Assembly: GCA_000092065.1 (NCBI GenBank)
Contig: CP000595.1
Reading direction: 5' to 3' (one strand)
Length of the DNA: 64,000 bases
Source of the DNA: Ostreococcus lucimarinus
Taxonomy: Eukaryota
The notes under the pieces: generated by a model
Told to the model about the DNA's origin: nothing
The model's input: the letters and a program-made list of their open reading frames with translations, nothing else
Database searches by the model: none
Translations under genes and position numbers: made by a program
Part shown: positions 21,486-31,806 of the stretch, one piece after another
Position numbering within the stretch: the stretch's first letter is position 1
Layout: each line of letters starts with the position of its first letter

Positions 21486-22202
21486 TCACCCACGCGTCGT
21501 CATTTGCACCACATCCGCCACGACGTCTTTGTACTCCCCGTATTTATCCAGCGCTGTCGATGCCGCCTCTTTGAGCCTTTTCCTCGTCGGAACTGGCCCC
21601 CAAAAGTAGCCACCAAAGCCAAGGAACGCGCAACGGTCGCCAACGTAGACGACGCGCGCCAGCATCCAATCCTCGCTCGTCACCGCGCTCGTCCCTCCAG
21701 CACCTCCAATCGCCGACGTCAACTTTCCCCACACGCTTTTCGCAGCTTTACTCGTCCCAGCGGCGACGAGGTCCTCGCCGATTGTCGCCCGCGCGAAGGC
21801 GCGATACCACGCGCCGACTCTCCCGACCGTCCCGCGCTCGTCCGTTTCCCGTTTCCGCAGTCTCTCCAAGTGTCGCTCGAAAAATCTCGAGAAATGCTTT
21901 TCGCTCGTGTACGGCTTCGTCGCCGCTGCGAACGCGACAGCGCCCGCGGCGATGGCGAGAAGTCGCGTCTGCGCGCTTCTCCTGATTATTCCGAGTTCGT
22001 TCACAAACTCCCTCGTTATGGCGCGCGAGCGAAGTAACATCGCCGAAGAGACGACGTCGAGCTCGGTTTTCACCTTGGTCGTCGCCAACGCGAGCGCCAA
22101 GGCGAAGGCGATGCGATGGTACGGCGCAAGATCGTCTGGCATTGGGTCGCCTCGGAGTGACGCTACGCGGCGACGCGCAGAGCTAGATGTTGATGAATAC
22201 AT
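21486..22202 (-). CDS. Hypothetical protein
   Basis: A 238-aa ORF with protein-like composition, chosen over the overlapping R-rich + strand ORF. The first ATG lies only 18 bp from the stop of the upstream gene, so the true start may be an internal Met. Confidence 0.4.
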   Translation of the reverse strand: MYSSTSSSARRRVASLRGDPMPDDLAPYHRIAFALALALATTKVKTELDVVSSAMLLRSRAITREFVNELGIIRRSAQTRLLAIAAGAVAFAAATKPYTSEKHFSRFFERHLERLRKRETDERGTVGRVGAWYRAFARATIGEDLVAAGTSKAAKSVWGKLTSAIGGAGGTSAVTSEDWMLARVVYVGDRCAFLGFGGYFWGPVPTRKRLKEAASTALDKYGEYKDVVADVVQMTTRG

Positions 22203-22220
22203 AATGCGACCGGCTAAGGA

Positions 22221-23285
22221 TTACAAGCGCTTGACTGAGGAGAATTCGACGCCGCGATCGGTCCACTGACTGCGGAGCGACGCGAGCGTGCGCTCGAGGA
22301 TATCATCGTCTGGCGCCGCCGACGGGCGGAAGACGCGCTCGCCGTGCGCCACGGCGACGGCGGCGCTGAGATCTCGAGTCGCGCTCGCATCGATCGTGCC
22401 CTCTGGACAGATAACTTTTTGCACGAACGTCGCTTCGTCGACGAAGTCAAAGTGGCCGGCGCCGCACGAGATACCCCAGGGTGGGTGGTCGCGCGCGACG
22501 GCGCCGCTCGGCGATGCGGCAAAGAATTCGGCAAAGTTTGACTCCGCGGGCGCGCATTCGCCACCGTTCGCGCCACCCACGATCGCCACGGGCGGTACGG
22601 CGGATGGATTCACTTTCATAGCCGCCAACGCGCTGGGGTAGCCCACGCCGAGCGGCGCGTACACGGTATTATCGACGGGATCGAGCAAGCAAATCGCCTT
22701 AATGCGTTTGTCTCGCGTCGCTTGGAGCATGGAAATCTTCCCTCCTCTGCTGTGCCCGATCAAGTAAACCGCCTCGGCGTCGGCGTAAGGCGATATCAGT
22801 ACGTCTGACCCCACCCAAGATATCAAATCGTCCAAAATCGCCGTGCTCAGTTCGTCGTCCAGCGACCCTCCCGCGACGGATTCCGTCTTCGTGTACGTCA
22901 CCACGACGTAACCCCACGAACACAATCTCCGCGCGATCGACGCGTACGCGTCGCCATCGATCAAGAACCCAGGGGTGATTATCGCCACCGGATACGGCGC
23001 CTCCATCGCGTCGTCCTCAGCCCGCGATCGCGTCGCTCCGCGCTCGACTTCGCCCAGCGGAAACAGCGCGTCCGGCGACACCTCCACCCTCGGCACGTAC
23101 ACCTTGATCCTACTCAGGCAGCTCAGCCCCGTGCACGATGGAAAGCACTTCGCGCACGTGTGTTCGAGCTGCGGCAGCACGCGCACGCGGTACGGTCCAG
23201 GCAGCGCGTAGTCGACCGCCGCGCTCGTCGCGCTCGCGTCCTCGTTCGCGTTCGTTCCCATCGGCACCAGCGCGCTCGCCCCCAT
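22221..23285 (-). CDS. Chlorophyllase-like alpha/beta hydrolase
   Basis: GHSRGG nucleophile-elbow motif in a chlorophyllase-family context (ITPGFL...YVVV...GHSRGGK...LDPVD). The ORF runs to 23690 via R/S-rich read-through. Candidate starts are at 23285 (MGASALVPMG) or 23537. Confidence 0.6.
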   Translation of the reverse strand: MGASALVPMGTNANEDASATSAAVDYALPGPYRVRVLPQLEHTCAKCFPSCTGLSCLSRIKVYVPRVEVSPDALFPLGEVERGATRSRAEDDAMEAPYPVAIITPGFLIDGDAYASIARRLCSWGYVVVTYTKTESVAGGSLDDELSTAILDDLISWVGSDVLISPYADAEAVYLIGHSRGGKISMLQATRDKRIKAICLLDPVDNTVYAPLGVGYPSALAAMKVNPSAVPPVAIVGGANGGECAPAESNFAEFFAASPSGAVARDHPPWGISCGAGHFDFVDEATFVQKVICPEGTIDASATRDLSAAVAVAHGERVFRPSAAPDDDILERTLASLRSQWTDRGVEFSSVKRL

Positions 23286-23728
23286 CGCGAGCGCCACCGC
23301 GCGTCGTCCCAGACGCGCATCATCCGCGCCCGCGCGCGACGACGTGGACGCGCGCGCGCCGCTCGTCGTTCGACGCGCTCGACCTCGGTCGTCCCGTTCG
23401 CGAGATTCGTCTTCAAACTCCTCGCGCGACGCGCGCGCGCGTCGCGACGCCGACGCGCGACGTCCGCGACGCGGCGAGCATCGCGCGCGAACCGTCGACG
23501 CGGTCGGGCGCGCGCGCGACGCGACGACGCGCGACATCGAGCGCGTTTCGAAGCCGCCGCCGATGAGTGACGACTCGTTCGTCACTCTTCGCCGCGATTG
23601 CGTCGATATCGAGCGAACGCGATCGCGCGCGTCGAAGCGAGGCGATAGGTATCGATCGTCGACGTCGATTGGCGTCAGAGCGAACCGCAAAGGCGCGCGC
23701 GTCGCGAGAGAATCGCGGTTGAAGCGCG

Positions 23729-24583
23729 ATGCTGTACCTCATCGGCCTCGGCTTGGGAAATGAACGCGACGTCACGCTGCGAGGGCTGGACGCGATCAAG
23801 CGCTGCTCGAAGGTGTACTTGGAGGCGTATACATCCGTCTTGGGCGTGGACGTGCGAGCGATGGAGGCGCTGTACGAGAAACCGGTGCGAACGTGCGATA
23901 GGGCGTTCGTCGAGCAGGGCGTCGACGCGGTGCTGGACGAAGCGTTGAGCGAAGACGTCGCGTTCTGCGTCGTCGGTGATGCGTTCGCGGCGACGACGCA
24001 CTCTGATTTAGTGCTGCGAGCGATCGAACGCGGAGTGGCGGTCAGACCGGTGTATAACGCGAGCATCATGAACGCGGTGGCGGGCACCGGGTTGTCGCTG
24101 TATAATTTCGGCAAGGCGGTTTCAATTTGTTTCTTCACGCAGACGTGGAGGCCAGACAGTTTTTACGATTTGATTCGAGACAATCGGAAGAGTGGGGCGC
24201 ATACACTGTGCTTGTTGGACATTCGAGTGAAGGAACCGACGGTGCGAGCGCTGTGTAAGGGGATCGAGGAGTACGAGCCGGCGAGATTCATGACGGCGGC
24301 GACGGCGGCAAAGCAAATGTTAGAGGTGGAGGAAAGTCGGGGAGAGGGCGTGTACGGTGAGGACACCATGTGTGTCGCCGTTGCGCGCATCGGTCAGGAT
24401 GATGAAAAGATTCGTGCGTGCACGCTCGGGGAGATGCGTCGCGTGGACATGGGCGCGCCGTTGCACTCGCTCGTGCTCGTCGGCGACGTCATGGAGATCG
24501 AGTCCGCCATGTTAGCCACGCACGCCGTCAAGCCCGAAGACTTTTACGACGGAGATGCACCGTGTCAAATGCTCGACGGGTAG
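23729..24583 (+). CDS. DPH5: Diphthine synthase (DPH5, diphthamide biosynthesis methyltransferase)
   Basis: MLYLIGLGLGNERD...YLEAYTS N-terminus and full-length tetrapyrrole-methylase-fold similarity typical of DPH5. Confidence 0.9.
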   Translation: MLYLIGLGLGNERDVTLRGLDAIKRCSKVYLEAYTSVLGVDVRAMEALYEKPVRTCDRAFVEQGVDAVLDEALSEDVAFCVVGDAFAATTHSDLVLRAIERGVAVRPVYNASIMNAVAGTGLSLYNFGKAVSICFFTQTWRPDSFYDLIRDNRKSGAHTLCLLDIRVKEPTVRALCKGIEEYEPARFMTAATAAKQMLEVEESRGEGVYGEDTMCVAVARIGQDDEKIRACTLGEMRRVDMGAPLHSLVLVGDVMEIESAMLATHAVKPEDFYDGDAPCQMLDG

Positions 24584-24801
24584 CGCACACTGACCGATTG
24601 TAGATTAGCCATTCTTTTGATATTCAACAATTCTCTCAACGACTCGCGACTAATCACATCTTATTCGCTGTCTCGCGTTTAACTAAACTCACGCCCACTG
24701 CTGCCCTCCTCGCGCGCGTCGTACACTCTCTCGCCTCATTACACTATAATTCACATCGTTCGTTCCCTTCCCTTACGTCTCTGCTCGTCCGTTCGACCCA
24801 A

Positions 24802-25176
24802 TCACGGCGTGGACGTCCTTCCCCGCGCGCATTCGCTCGCGCATCGTCTCAAACACTTCTCATTCCATCCTGGCACCCCGTGTCCCGCCGTGCACGCCAC
24901 CCGCGCGCACGCGTCGACGCATGCGTCCGTCGCACTCATCCCGCACGTCGTCACGCACGTGTGCATGAGTTCCGCCTTGCCCAAACCACCGAGCTTGGCC
25001 ATCAAACGATCGGACGCGCAGACGCGCTCGCACGCGAACGACACCTCGTTCTCGTCCACGACGCCTCGGCGAAGCTCTTTTTGCGAGTTTTGACGCGTGT
25101 TCAAGAAGGTTTTAGTCGCCACGGCGACGGCGGTGGCGGCACCGATGGGAGCGGCGATGAGGGCGAGCTGGACCAT
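24802..25176 (-). CDS. Small hypothetical Cys-rich membrane protein
   Basis: The ORF 24802..25251 has a TM segment (MVQLALIAAPIGAATAVAVA) followed by a Cys-rich domain. Weak evidence only. Confidence 0.3.
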   Translation of the reverse strand: MVQLALIAAPIGAATAVAVATKTFLNTRQNSQKELRRGVVDENEVSFACERVCASDRLMAKLGGLGKAELMHTCVTTCGMSATDACVDACARVACTAGHGVPGWNEKCLRRCASECARGRTSTP

Positions 25177-25350
25177 CGCGGCGCGGCGCAGAGTGCGGCG
25201 AAAGTGAAGGAAGAATTGAGGACTCGGGCGCGCTGATTCGGGCGTCTGCAAAGAGGCGAGTTAGATAAAATTACATGTCGACCGCGTGCGCGGTTCAACG
25301 GGATTTTGCGAACGTGGGGGGATGGAATCGTTCGTACGCTGAGCGACGGT

Positions 25351-28080
25351 TTAAAGGATGCCGTTCAGAATGCGTTGGTAAAAGTCGTACTGACGCGTGC
25401 TCCAGGCGTCGATGGAGTCTGAAATCATGCCCAGTACCGTTTCCACACACTGTTCTTCGCTTAAAGCGAGGTTGAAGCGTCTTCGGAGTTGCTTGATGAC
25501 CTTCGGTCCGGCGTTGAAGCACGGACAACCGCTGGCGCCCATCATTTCGACGAGCAATACGATGCGCTCGGCGTGTTCGCGAACGGCGAGGTAGCCCTGG
25601 ATGCACAGAGCCTTGTACGCGTCGAACGCGTCCGAACGGCTGCCTTCAACATCGCTGTCCATGACTTCCAAGTATTCTTTCGTGAGCTTGAACGGGCTCG
25701 ATTCAAAGTTTATGCCGCCGGGAGACGTGGAGAGCATGAAATTGAAGTCGATGTGTATCAAGTGTCCATCGTCGTGCAGCAAAATATTGCCGTTGTGACG
25801 ATCCTTTACTTGCAACAAGTAGGTAAGGATGGAATATCCCGCCAGTGATTCGACGAAGTTATTCTGCGCCTTGCGGAATTCTGGCGTACCAACACCAAAC
25901 TTTCGCTCAAAGTGTTCGCGCAGCGTCGTGCCGCGTTGCGATCGCGACTTCAACGCGTGCACGCTCGGCGCATCCGTCACCGCTTCAATCAACGCACTGT
26001 GCGTGTTCGTGGTCAAGATGTCAAAGTCTCGAATCCAGCATCGAACACCGGCGGTGCGATAGATTTCTGCAAACGTACGAACGAGTTGCAGCGCCAGTAA
26101 TTCTTGCCTGCAATTATCGCCGGCCTTTATGATGATGGGCTTTAGCCCCCATCCAGGCAGATTTCCATACGGTGATGAGTGTCGAATACGCTCGCGCTTG
26201 TCAGCCCACAATTCGCCCAATCCACCCGCGCTGCGCTTGTGCGGGGAAGATGTGAGCGCTGCGCCCACTCCAGTCGCCGTGGGAAGCGAAGTGACGTCAA
26301 AGGCGTCCTTCTCCGGAGCCCACGATGTGCGGTTCACCTGAGCTGCCATCTCAATCAAACCAATTTCTGATGGTTTACGTTGGTGCGGTGATTGCGTAAT
26401 GTCCATGTGACCTTGCGTGGCGACGACGTGCATGACGACGCTTTCGCTGTGCTCATCCGCCGTGAGGACGACATTGACGAGCTCGTCCGCGAGAGAGTCC
26501 TCTGTGCTAAATGAATCAGTCCCCGCACCGTCTATCGTCGGTAAGTCCCCGTAAGCTTTGTCTAGCGATCTACGAATACGTTCGCGCGAGTTGATCGTGA
26601 AATCATCTCCCACAGGATAGAAATCTTCAACGGTTGGAAGGCCCGAAGACTCGGCAGACGATGTAGCGTTGTGCATCTCTTCTTGCGTCGGATTGGAGCT
26701 CACGACTTCTAAACAGACGAGGTACGGCGCCTTCTCGCGACTATTCAACAGCACAGCCTCTTCCCACGGTACGCGAATCACTCGCTCCATCTCGCCGTGG
26801 CCCATCGGAAACAAGATTCCGGTACCCTTGTCGGTGTGGCGAAAGCGCTTGTTCATCTGCGCCAACTCTCGACGCAAGATACTTTGACGATTTTCGAGCG
26901 GAAACACCTTCGACAGCTTCAACGAAAGCTCGCACAAGTCATCCGTGAGCTTCATCGTCGCGTCGAACGTTTTCCTTCGAAGATTCAACGCCTTGGCTCC
27001 ATCCTCAGCCGGTAACCCCTTCGTTCCGCACACGCCAAAGAGCGACGACAATCCACCCGAGGGTGATCGTAATCCCGCATCTTTCGTCTTGCCCGGTGAC
27101 TTCTCTTTGTCTTTGTGATGATCTCTATTCTTCTTGCCCGAGTCTTTTCGCGAACCGGAGGGAGAAGACCGAAAGGAGAGCGCTCGCGAGACGCCGGCGA
27201 GGAAACCTCCCGCGGCGGGCGGCGACTCCACCCTCTTCCCATCGAAGCCATCGCTCGATCTTCGCCCCGGCGACTTCGCCATGCCGAATATTCGTCTCGG
27301 TGGCGTCACGGGTTCCGGAGTTGACTCCGCGGGCGCTCCCGTCCGCCCGTTCCTCGGCGGACTTCCTCCTCGCTCCGTCGTCGCCGTCGCCGCCTCCGTC
27401 CCCGCGCTCTCCCCTCCCATCGGCACCCGCTCCTCAAACGGCGCCGGCCACGTCCCATTCTTCACCGCTTCCCTCGCGCACTCGTCCCTAAAATCCAACA
27501 CCGCCTTGGACTCCGCGCTGTCCCCCGCCGCCGCCGCCAGCAACCAGCATATCTTTGTCGCCAGCCGCAGCGATCGTCGACTCGTCATCACCATCATCCT
27601 CTCAAAGCTCGCCAGGTGTCCCGCGTCGCTCCCGCGCTCGTTCGTCTTATTTTCCACCGCGTGCACCCACATCGTGACCATCTGGCTCAGGTACCGCTCC
27701 AGCGCCTCGTCCGACGTCTCTCGATACAGTCTCGCGCACAGGTAGTCGCTCACCCCCGCGTGTTCGCGTCGCTCCCACAGGTTCGACACCGCGATCCACG
27801 CGTCGAATCGCTCGAGGTGTTGAAAGTAATCCAGCAGCACGCGCGCCCGCTCGCGCTCGCGCGCGATCGCGCTCGCGTCGTCGCGCGAGGTCGTCGAGAC
27901 GCGCGCGCCCGAGTCCCCATCGCGCGCGACGCCGACGCGCGCGTCGTCGTCGTCGCGCGCGCGCGCGAGGGCGTCCGCGCGCGCCGCGCCGCGCGTCTCG
28001 CTGTCGACGAAGCGTTCGAGGGAGTCGGCGAGCCAGGCACCGCCGCTCTCGTGCCGGGCGTGCCGCGACGCGCGATCCAT
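25351..28080 (-). CDS. Phosphatidylinositol 4-kinase, type III beta-like (PIK1/PI4KB)
   Basis: PI3/PI4-kinase catalytic domain (GDNCRQELLALQL, KDRHNGNIL catalytic loop, HIDFNF activation loop) with an N-terminal lipid-kinase-unique helical region. Start at Met 28080 or 28164. Confidence 0.85.
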   Translation of the reverse strand: MDRASRHARHESGGAWLADSLERFVDSETRGAARADALARARDDDDARVGVARDGDSGARVSTTSRDDASAIARERERARVLLDYFQHLERFDAWIAVSNLWERREHAGVSDYLCARLYRETSDEALERYLSQMVTMWVHAVENKTNERGSDAGHLASFERMMVMTSRRSLRLATKICWLLAAAAGDSAESKAVLDFRDECAREAVKNGTWPAPFEERVPMGGESAGTEAATATTERGGSPPRNGRTGAPAESTPEPVTPPRRIFGMAKSPGRRSSDGFDGKRVESPPAAGGFLAGVSRALSFRSSPSGSRKDSGKKNRDHHKDKEKSPGKTKDAGLRSPSGGLSSLFGVCGTKGLPAEDGAKALNLRRKTFDATMKLTDDLCELSLKLSKVFPLENRQSILRRELAQMNKRFRHTDKGTGILFPMGHGEMERVIRVPWEEAVLLNSREKAPYLVCLEVVSSNPTQEEMHNATSSAESSGLPTVEDFYPVGDDFTINSRERIRRSLDKAYGDLPTIDGAGTDSFSTEDSLADELVNVVLTADEHSESVVMHVVATQGHMDITQSPHQRKPSEIGLIEMAAQVNRTSWAPEKDAFDVTSLPTATGVGAALTSSPHKRSAGGLGELWADKRERIRHSSPYGNLPGWGLKPIIIKAGDNCRQELLALQLVRTFAEIYRTAGVRCWIRDFDILTTNTHSALIEAVTDAPSVHALKSRSQRGTTLREHFERKFGVGTPEFRKAQNNFVESLAGYSILTYLLQVKDRHNGNILLHDDGHLIHIDFNFMLSTSPGGINFESSPFKLTKEYLEVMDSDVEGSRSDAFDAYKALCIQGYLAVREHAERIVLLVEMMGASGCPCFNAGPKVIKQLRRRFNLALSEEQCVETVLGMISDSIDAWSTRQYDFYQRILNGIL

Positions 28081-28335
28081 GGCGACGCCGGCGAGTGCGG
28101 AGACGCGAACGCGATCGAACCTCGATCGCGCGCGCGTCGATCGCGTTTGAAATTCAATCGTCACGACGTCGATCGACGATGGACGCGATCGAGGTTCGAT
28201 CGAGATCGAGAGGTCGAGACGCGAGAGCGACGCGACGGAGACGCGAGAGGCGCGCGAGGCGCGCGCGGGAAGGGCGGGATTTCACTGGTGTTACAGGGAT
28301 GATGGGTTCGGTGATGATCGTCGCCGGCGAATCGA

Positions 28336-29075
28336 TCAACCGGGATAGGTCTCGGTGAGCGCGGATAACGTCTTCGGTAAGCCGACGAATTTCAACTCGC
28401 CCCACTGTCGCCACGCGAAGGCGCACGTTAAACAGTTGAGCACGATGGTCGCCGCGGCGAAAATCAGGGAAACCAAACTGTAATCTGCGTTTTTGCACAC
28501 GTAATAATCCGAACTCAATACCACGGACGCGCACTCGGTGATGGACATGACGACGAACGTCGCCATGGCCGCGGTGAACAGCGCGTAGGACGCGAACTCC
28601 GTCCCGGGCGGCGGCGCCTTGCGAATCACGTACATCGCGATCAAGATCACCGTGTACGCCCAGAATCCCGCGTACACACCGACGACGCCCTTAAATTGAT
28701 AAAACTTCGTGAATCCACACCCCGCTTCACCGCAGTCGTTCAGCGTGCTCAGCTCCGGCCCCGCCAGTCCCTCGGTTTGTTTCGCCATGAACGAAAACGT
28801 CGTCAACGCCATCAACTGTTCGTTCGTCGTCGTCGTCGCGTCCTAGGTCAGTCTCCGCGCGTGCGAGTTCACCGTCGCGTCGCGTCGCGTCGCGTCGCGT
28901 CGCGTCGCGTCCCACGCACGCTCTCCACGAGCAACGCTCGAAACTTTGGATTCTTCATCAGCCTGTGATTCATCAGCGACGTCCCCTCCACGCTCGCTCC
29001 CACGCGTTTCAGCAGCGGTTCCCGCGCTTCGTCCGACGCCCCGGGCGCGTCGTCCATCGTCTCATCGCTCGCCAT
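28336..29075 (-). CDS. Four-TM membrane protein (CASP-like/MARVEL-like topology), two exons: join(28336..28815,28920..29075)
   Basis: Exon 2 is the 159-aa 4-TM ORF. Exon 1 (MASDET...ALLVES) ends at GAG AGC|GTGCGT. The 104-nt intron carries a (GTCGC)n microsatellite, an ACTGAC branch motif 32 nt before the acceptor GAACAG|TTG, and is phase-0 in frame. Confidence 0.5.
28874..28911. repeat. (GTCGC)7.6 pentanucleotide microsatellite inside the intron of the 4-TM gene
   Basis: Read directly from the sequence. Confidence 0.9.
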
Positions 29076-29909
29076 CCCGCGATATCCCTCGTCGTCGTCG
29101 TGTCGTCGTCTGAAGCGACGGCTCAACACCTTCGAGGTGTTGAGCCGTCGATCCATCGATCGATCGATGCGCGATGCGATCGACGCTTTGAGTTTCGTTT
29201 CATATCGTCGATCGACTCCGCGAGGTTCGACGCGACGCGATTTCATCGTTCGACCGCTCGAACGTTTGCGGCGACGGCGCGGCGCGCGCCGCACACCTCC
29301 GCGCGCGGAGGCGTCACCGCGCGCGCGCGTCGTCGATCGCGCGCGAATCCGCGAACGCGTCGCGCGCGCTTCCCGACGCCGCCGATCGCGCGCGCGGCGC
29401 GGCGTCGCGTCGAATGCCCCCGTCGACGACGCTGCTCCGCGCGCGCGATCTCGAGCGCGCGCTCGCCGAGCCGTGGCCGAACGCGCGATGCGCCACGGCG
29501 CTCGACGACGCGATGATCGACGCGCTGAAAAATCGGTTCGCGATCATGACGCCGTTCGCGAGGCGCGGGGCGGTGTGCGCGGCGATGTTGGCGTCGAAAC
29601 GCGCGACGAGCGCGCGCGCGATCGCGACGTGGCGGGACGTCGCGGCGGGAGACGCGGATGAGTGGGTGCGAGCGATGGCGCGGGCGATGGATGAAAGCGG
29701 GGAAAGATTCGATTGCGACCGATTCGCGACGGATGTGCCGGTGGTGCGTGTGCGAGCGATGCGCGAGCGAGGGGAATGCGACGAGAATTCATTCGGGAAG
29801 GCACCGTGGTGTGAATGAACCCTAACGCGAAGGACGCGGGAAACGACGCGGGAAACGACGCGGGAAACGATTACTGACGAATGAACGCCGCGGTGTTTGG
29901 TAAACTTAG

Positions 29910-30587
29910 GTGAATACCGCCGTGCGGGCGATAAAGGAGACGATTGCGAACGCGGGGGAGGATGGGATGACGCGAAGACCGCGCGCCGACGCCTACCTGA
30001 CGATGAAAGAGCCGACGGCGCATGGACACTTCACGCTGAGAGAACGGCGCGAGCCGAAGAAGCGGCCGATGAGTGCGGGAAGTCGAGGTGCAACGATCGC
30101 GGGCGATGGTTCGTCGCAAGTGAATCGCGCGCAGGCGAACATCTTTGCGCCGTCGCGCAAGCCGACGGCCAGCGGAGGCGCTTCGTTTTTGCGCGACACG
30201 GGTCGATCTGGCAGTGTCGGTGCCGCGCGTTCGCGAGTCGGTGGCGGCATTCCTCGTCCAGGGGCGAAGACTATGGTCATCGACGTCGCCGAAGCCGCGC
30301 AACTCGGCGCTACTTCGCAAATCGACGATCCTCTCCGAGCGCAAGCGCAGGAGGAACGCGATCGCAAACGTCAACGAGAAAAGGAGGCCAAGGAGCAACG
30401 CATGCAGAGATTGATGCAAGAAATCGAGGCAAAGAAACAAAGGGAATTGACGAGAAAACGCGAACGCGACGAAGAAATTTTGGAGAAGAAGAAGGCTTAC
30501 CGGGCGGAGATTGAAGCAAAGCGCGCGAACAAGCGCGTCGCTTCCATCGCCACGCCGTCGCCCACGGACGAACCGGCGACGTGGTGA
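29910..30587 (+). CDS. Hypothetical K/E/R-rich coiled-coil protein
   Basis: Three frames are open here. The charged heptad-like frame (QEERDRKRQREKEAKEQRMQRLMQEIEAKKQREL) is the most protein-like. An ACTGAC plus CTTAG acceptor-like signal immediately upstream suggests it may be a downstream exon. Confidence 0.3.
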   Translation: MNTAVRAIKETIANAGEDGMTRRPRADAYLTMKEPTAHGHFTLRERREPKKRPMSAGSRGATIAGDGSSQVNRAQANIFAPSRKPTASGGASFLRDTGRSGSVGAARSRVGGGIPRPGAKTMVIDVAEAAQLGATSQIDDPLRAQAQEERDRKRQREKEAKEQRMQRLMQEIEAKKQRELTRKRERDEEILEKKKAYRAEIEAKRANKRVASIATPSPTDEPATW

Positions 30588-30961
30588 ATAGTGACGGAAT
30601 AGTAACAAAAAAGACACAGAGTATCCGCTTGCGCGCATTCGTGCGCGCAGCGCGCTCACATGACTGCGCATTCGTGCGTGGTTTGTACAAAAAAAGCCGA
30701 CTCCCGCGTCGGAGCAAAAAAAATTGATAAGCGCTCGAGCGAGCGCGACGAAGAAGCGAGCCAACTTCGTCGTTCGAGCGTGGAGTACACTACGATAGCT
30801 ACCCCCTAGCGAACGATCGTCTCGATCGTTCGATGAAATTCAGAACCAACCAGGAAACCGGAGAAAAATCAAATCGTCCCGCGTCTCGCCCGCTCGAGGC
30901 CCCCACGTCGTCGCCCGCGCGCTCCGGTGACGTCACTTCAACGCGTCATCTTTCGTTCGCC

Positions 30962-31774
30962 ATGTTTCGCGCCGCCCTGCGACGCGCGTCGACGCACGCG
31001 AGCTTGAACGCGCGCGTCCGCGGCGCGTTTCGCGCGCTCGCGACGTCGGCGACGCAGAAAACCGGCGGTATTTACGAAGTGCGCACGTACGACATCGAAC
31101 CGTCGCGACTGGATGAATACCTCGCCATGTGCGCCGACAGCGCGAACGAACGCAAAAAAGTGACGAACGAAGGTTTCGTCGGATTCTTCGTCACGGAGCT
31201 CGGCGGTGACGCGCACGAGGTGACGCACGTGTACCGATACGACGATTACGACGCGCGAGACGACGCGCGAAACGCGATGAAGCGGAGCGAAACGTGGACC
31301 GCGTTCCTGAAAGCGTCGAAACCGATGGTGAGACGACAAAAGAGCGAGATATTCTTAGAGGCGACGAAAGCGACGGCGAGCGCGGGAATGGAGGCGAACG
31401 ATGTGCTGCGACGGGCGCGCGAAGGGAACGGAGGACGCGCGGACGGCGTCTTCGAGTGGCGGCGGTATCAGCTCGAGTTGGGATACAACCCGATCCCGAA
31501 GCTCGTCGACGCGTTAGCCAAGGGACTGCCGTCGAAATTAGCGAGCGATCGAGACGGGCGCGGGGAGTTGGTGTGGATGGGATACAGCGACGTGGGGAAA
31601 TTGAACCAATTCGTCGAGCTGTGGCGATACGACTGCTATCAGGATCACATAAAGGCGCGCGAAGCCGCGCGGTCCGCCGATGCGTGGCGCGCGGCGATCA
31701 ACGAGATCGCGCCTATGGTTCAAATGTTTGATACGCAGCTCATGCGACCAGCGGCGGCGTCGCCGATCAAGTAA
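30962..31774 (+). CDS. NIPSNAP family protein (mitochondrial)
   Basis: Tandem NIPSNAP/dimeric alpha-beta barrel signature (IYEVRTYDIEP...EVTHVYRYDDY... and second half ...GELVWMGYSDVGKLNQFVELWRYD). Met 30962 starts a classical mitochondrial presequence (MFRAALRRAS...). Confidence 0.65.
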   Translation: MFRAALRRASTHASLNARVRGAFRALATSATQKTGGIYEVRTYDIEPSRLDEYLAMCADSANERKKVTNEGFVGFFVTELGGDAHEVTHVYRYDDYDARDDARNAMKRSETWTAFLKASKPMVRRQKSEIFLEATKATASAGMEANDVLRRAREGNGGRADGVFEWRRYQLELGYNPIPKLVDALAKGLPSKLASDRDGRGELVWMGYSDVGKLNQFVELWRYDCYQDHIKAREAARSADAWRAAINEIAPMVQMFDTQLMRPAAASPIK

Positions 31775-31806
31775 ACCGTCGTCGTTGTAATTTTTAATTC
31801 GTTCGT

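Noticed and set aside
29871-30764. ORF 29871..30764 (-) of 297 aa and ORF 29897..30514 (+)
   Set aside because: All three frames are open here. Only the K/E-rich coiled-coil frame looks protein-like; the minus ORF is the hydrophobic mirror image typical of antisense to a K/E-rich region.
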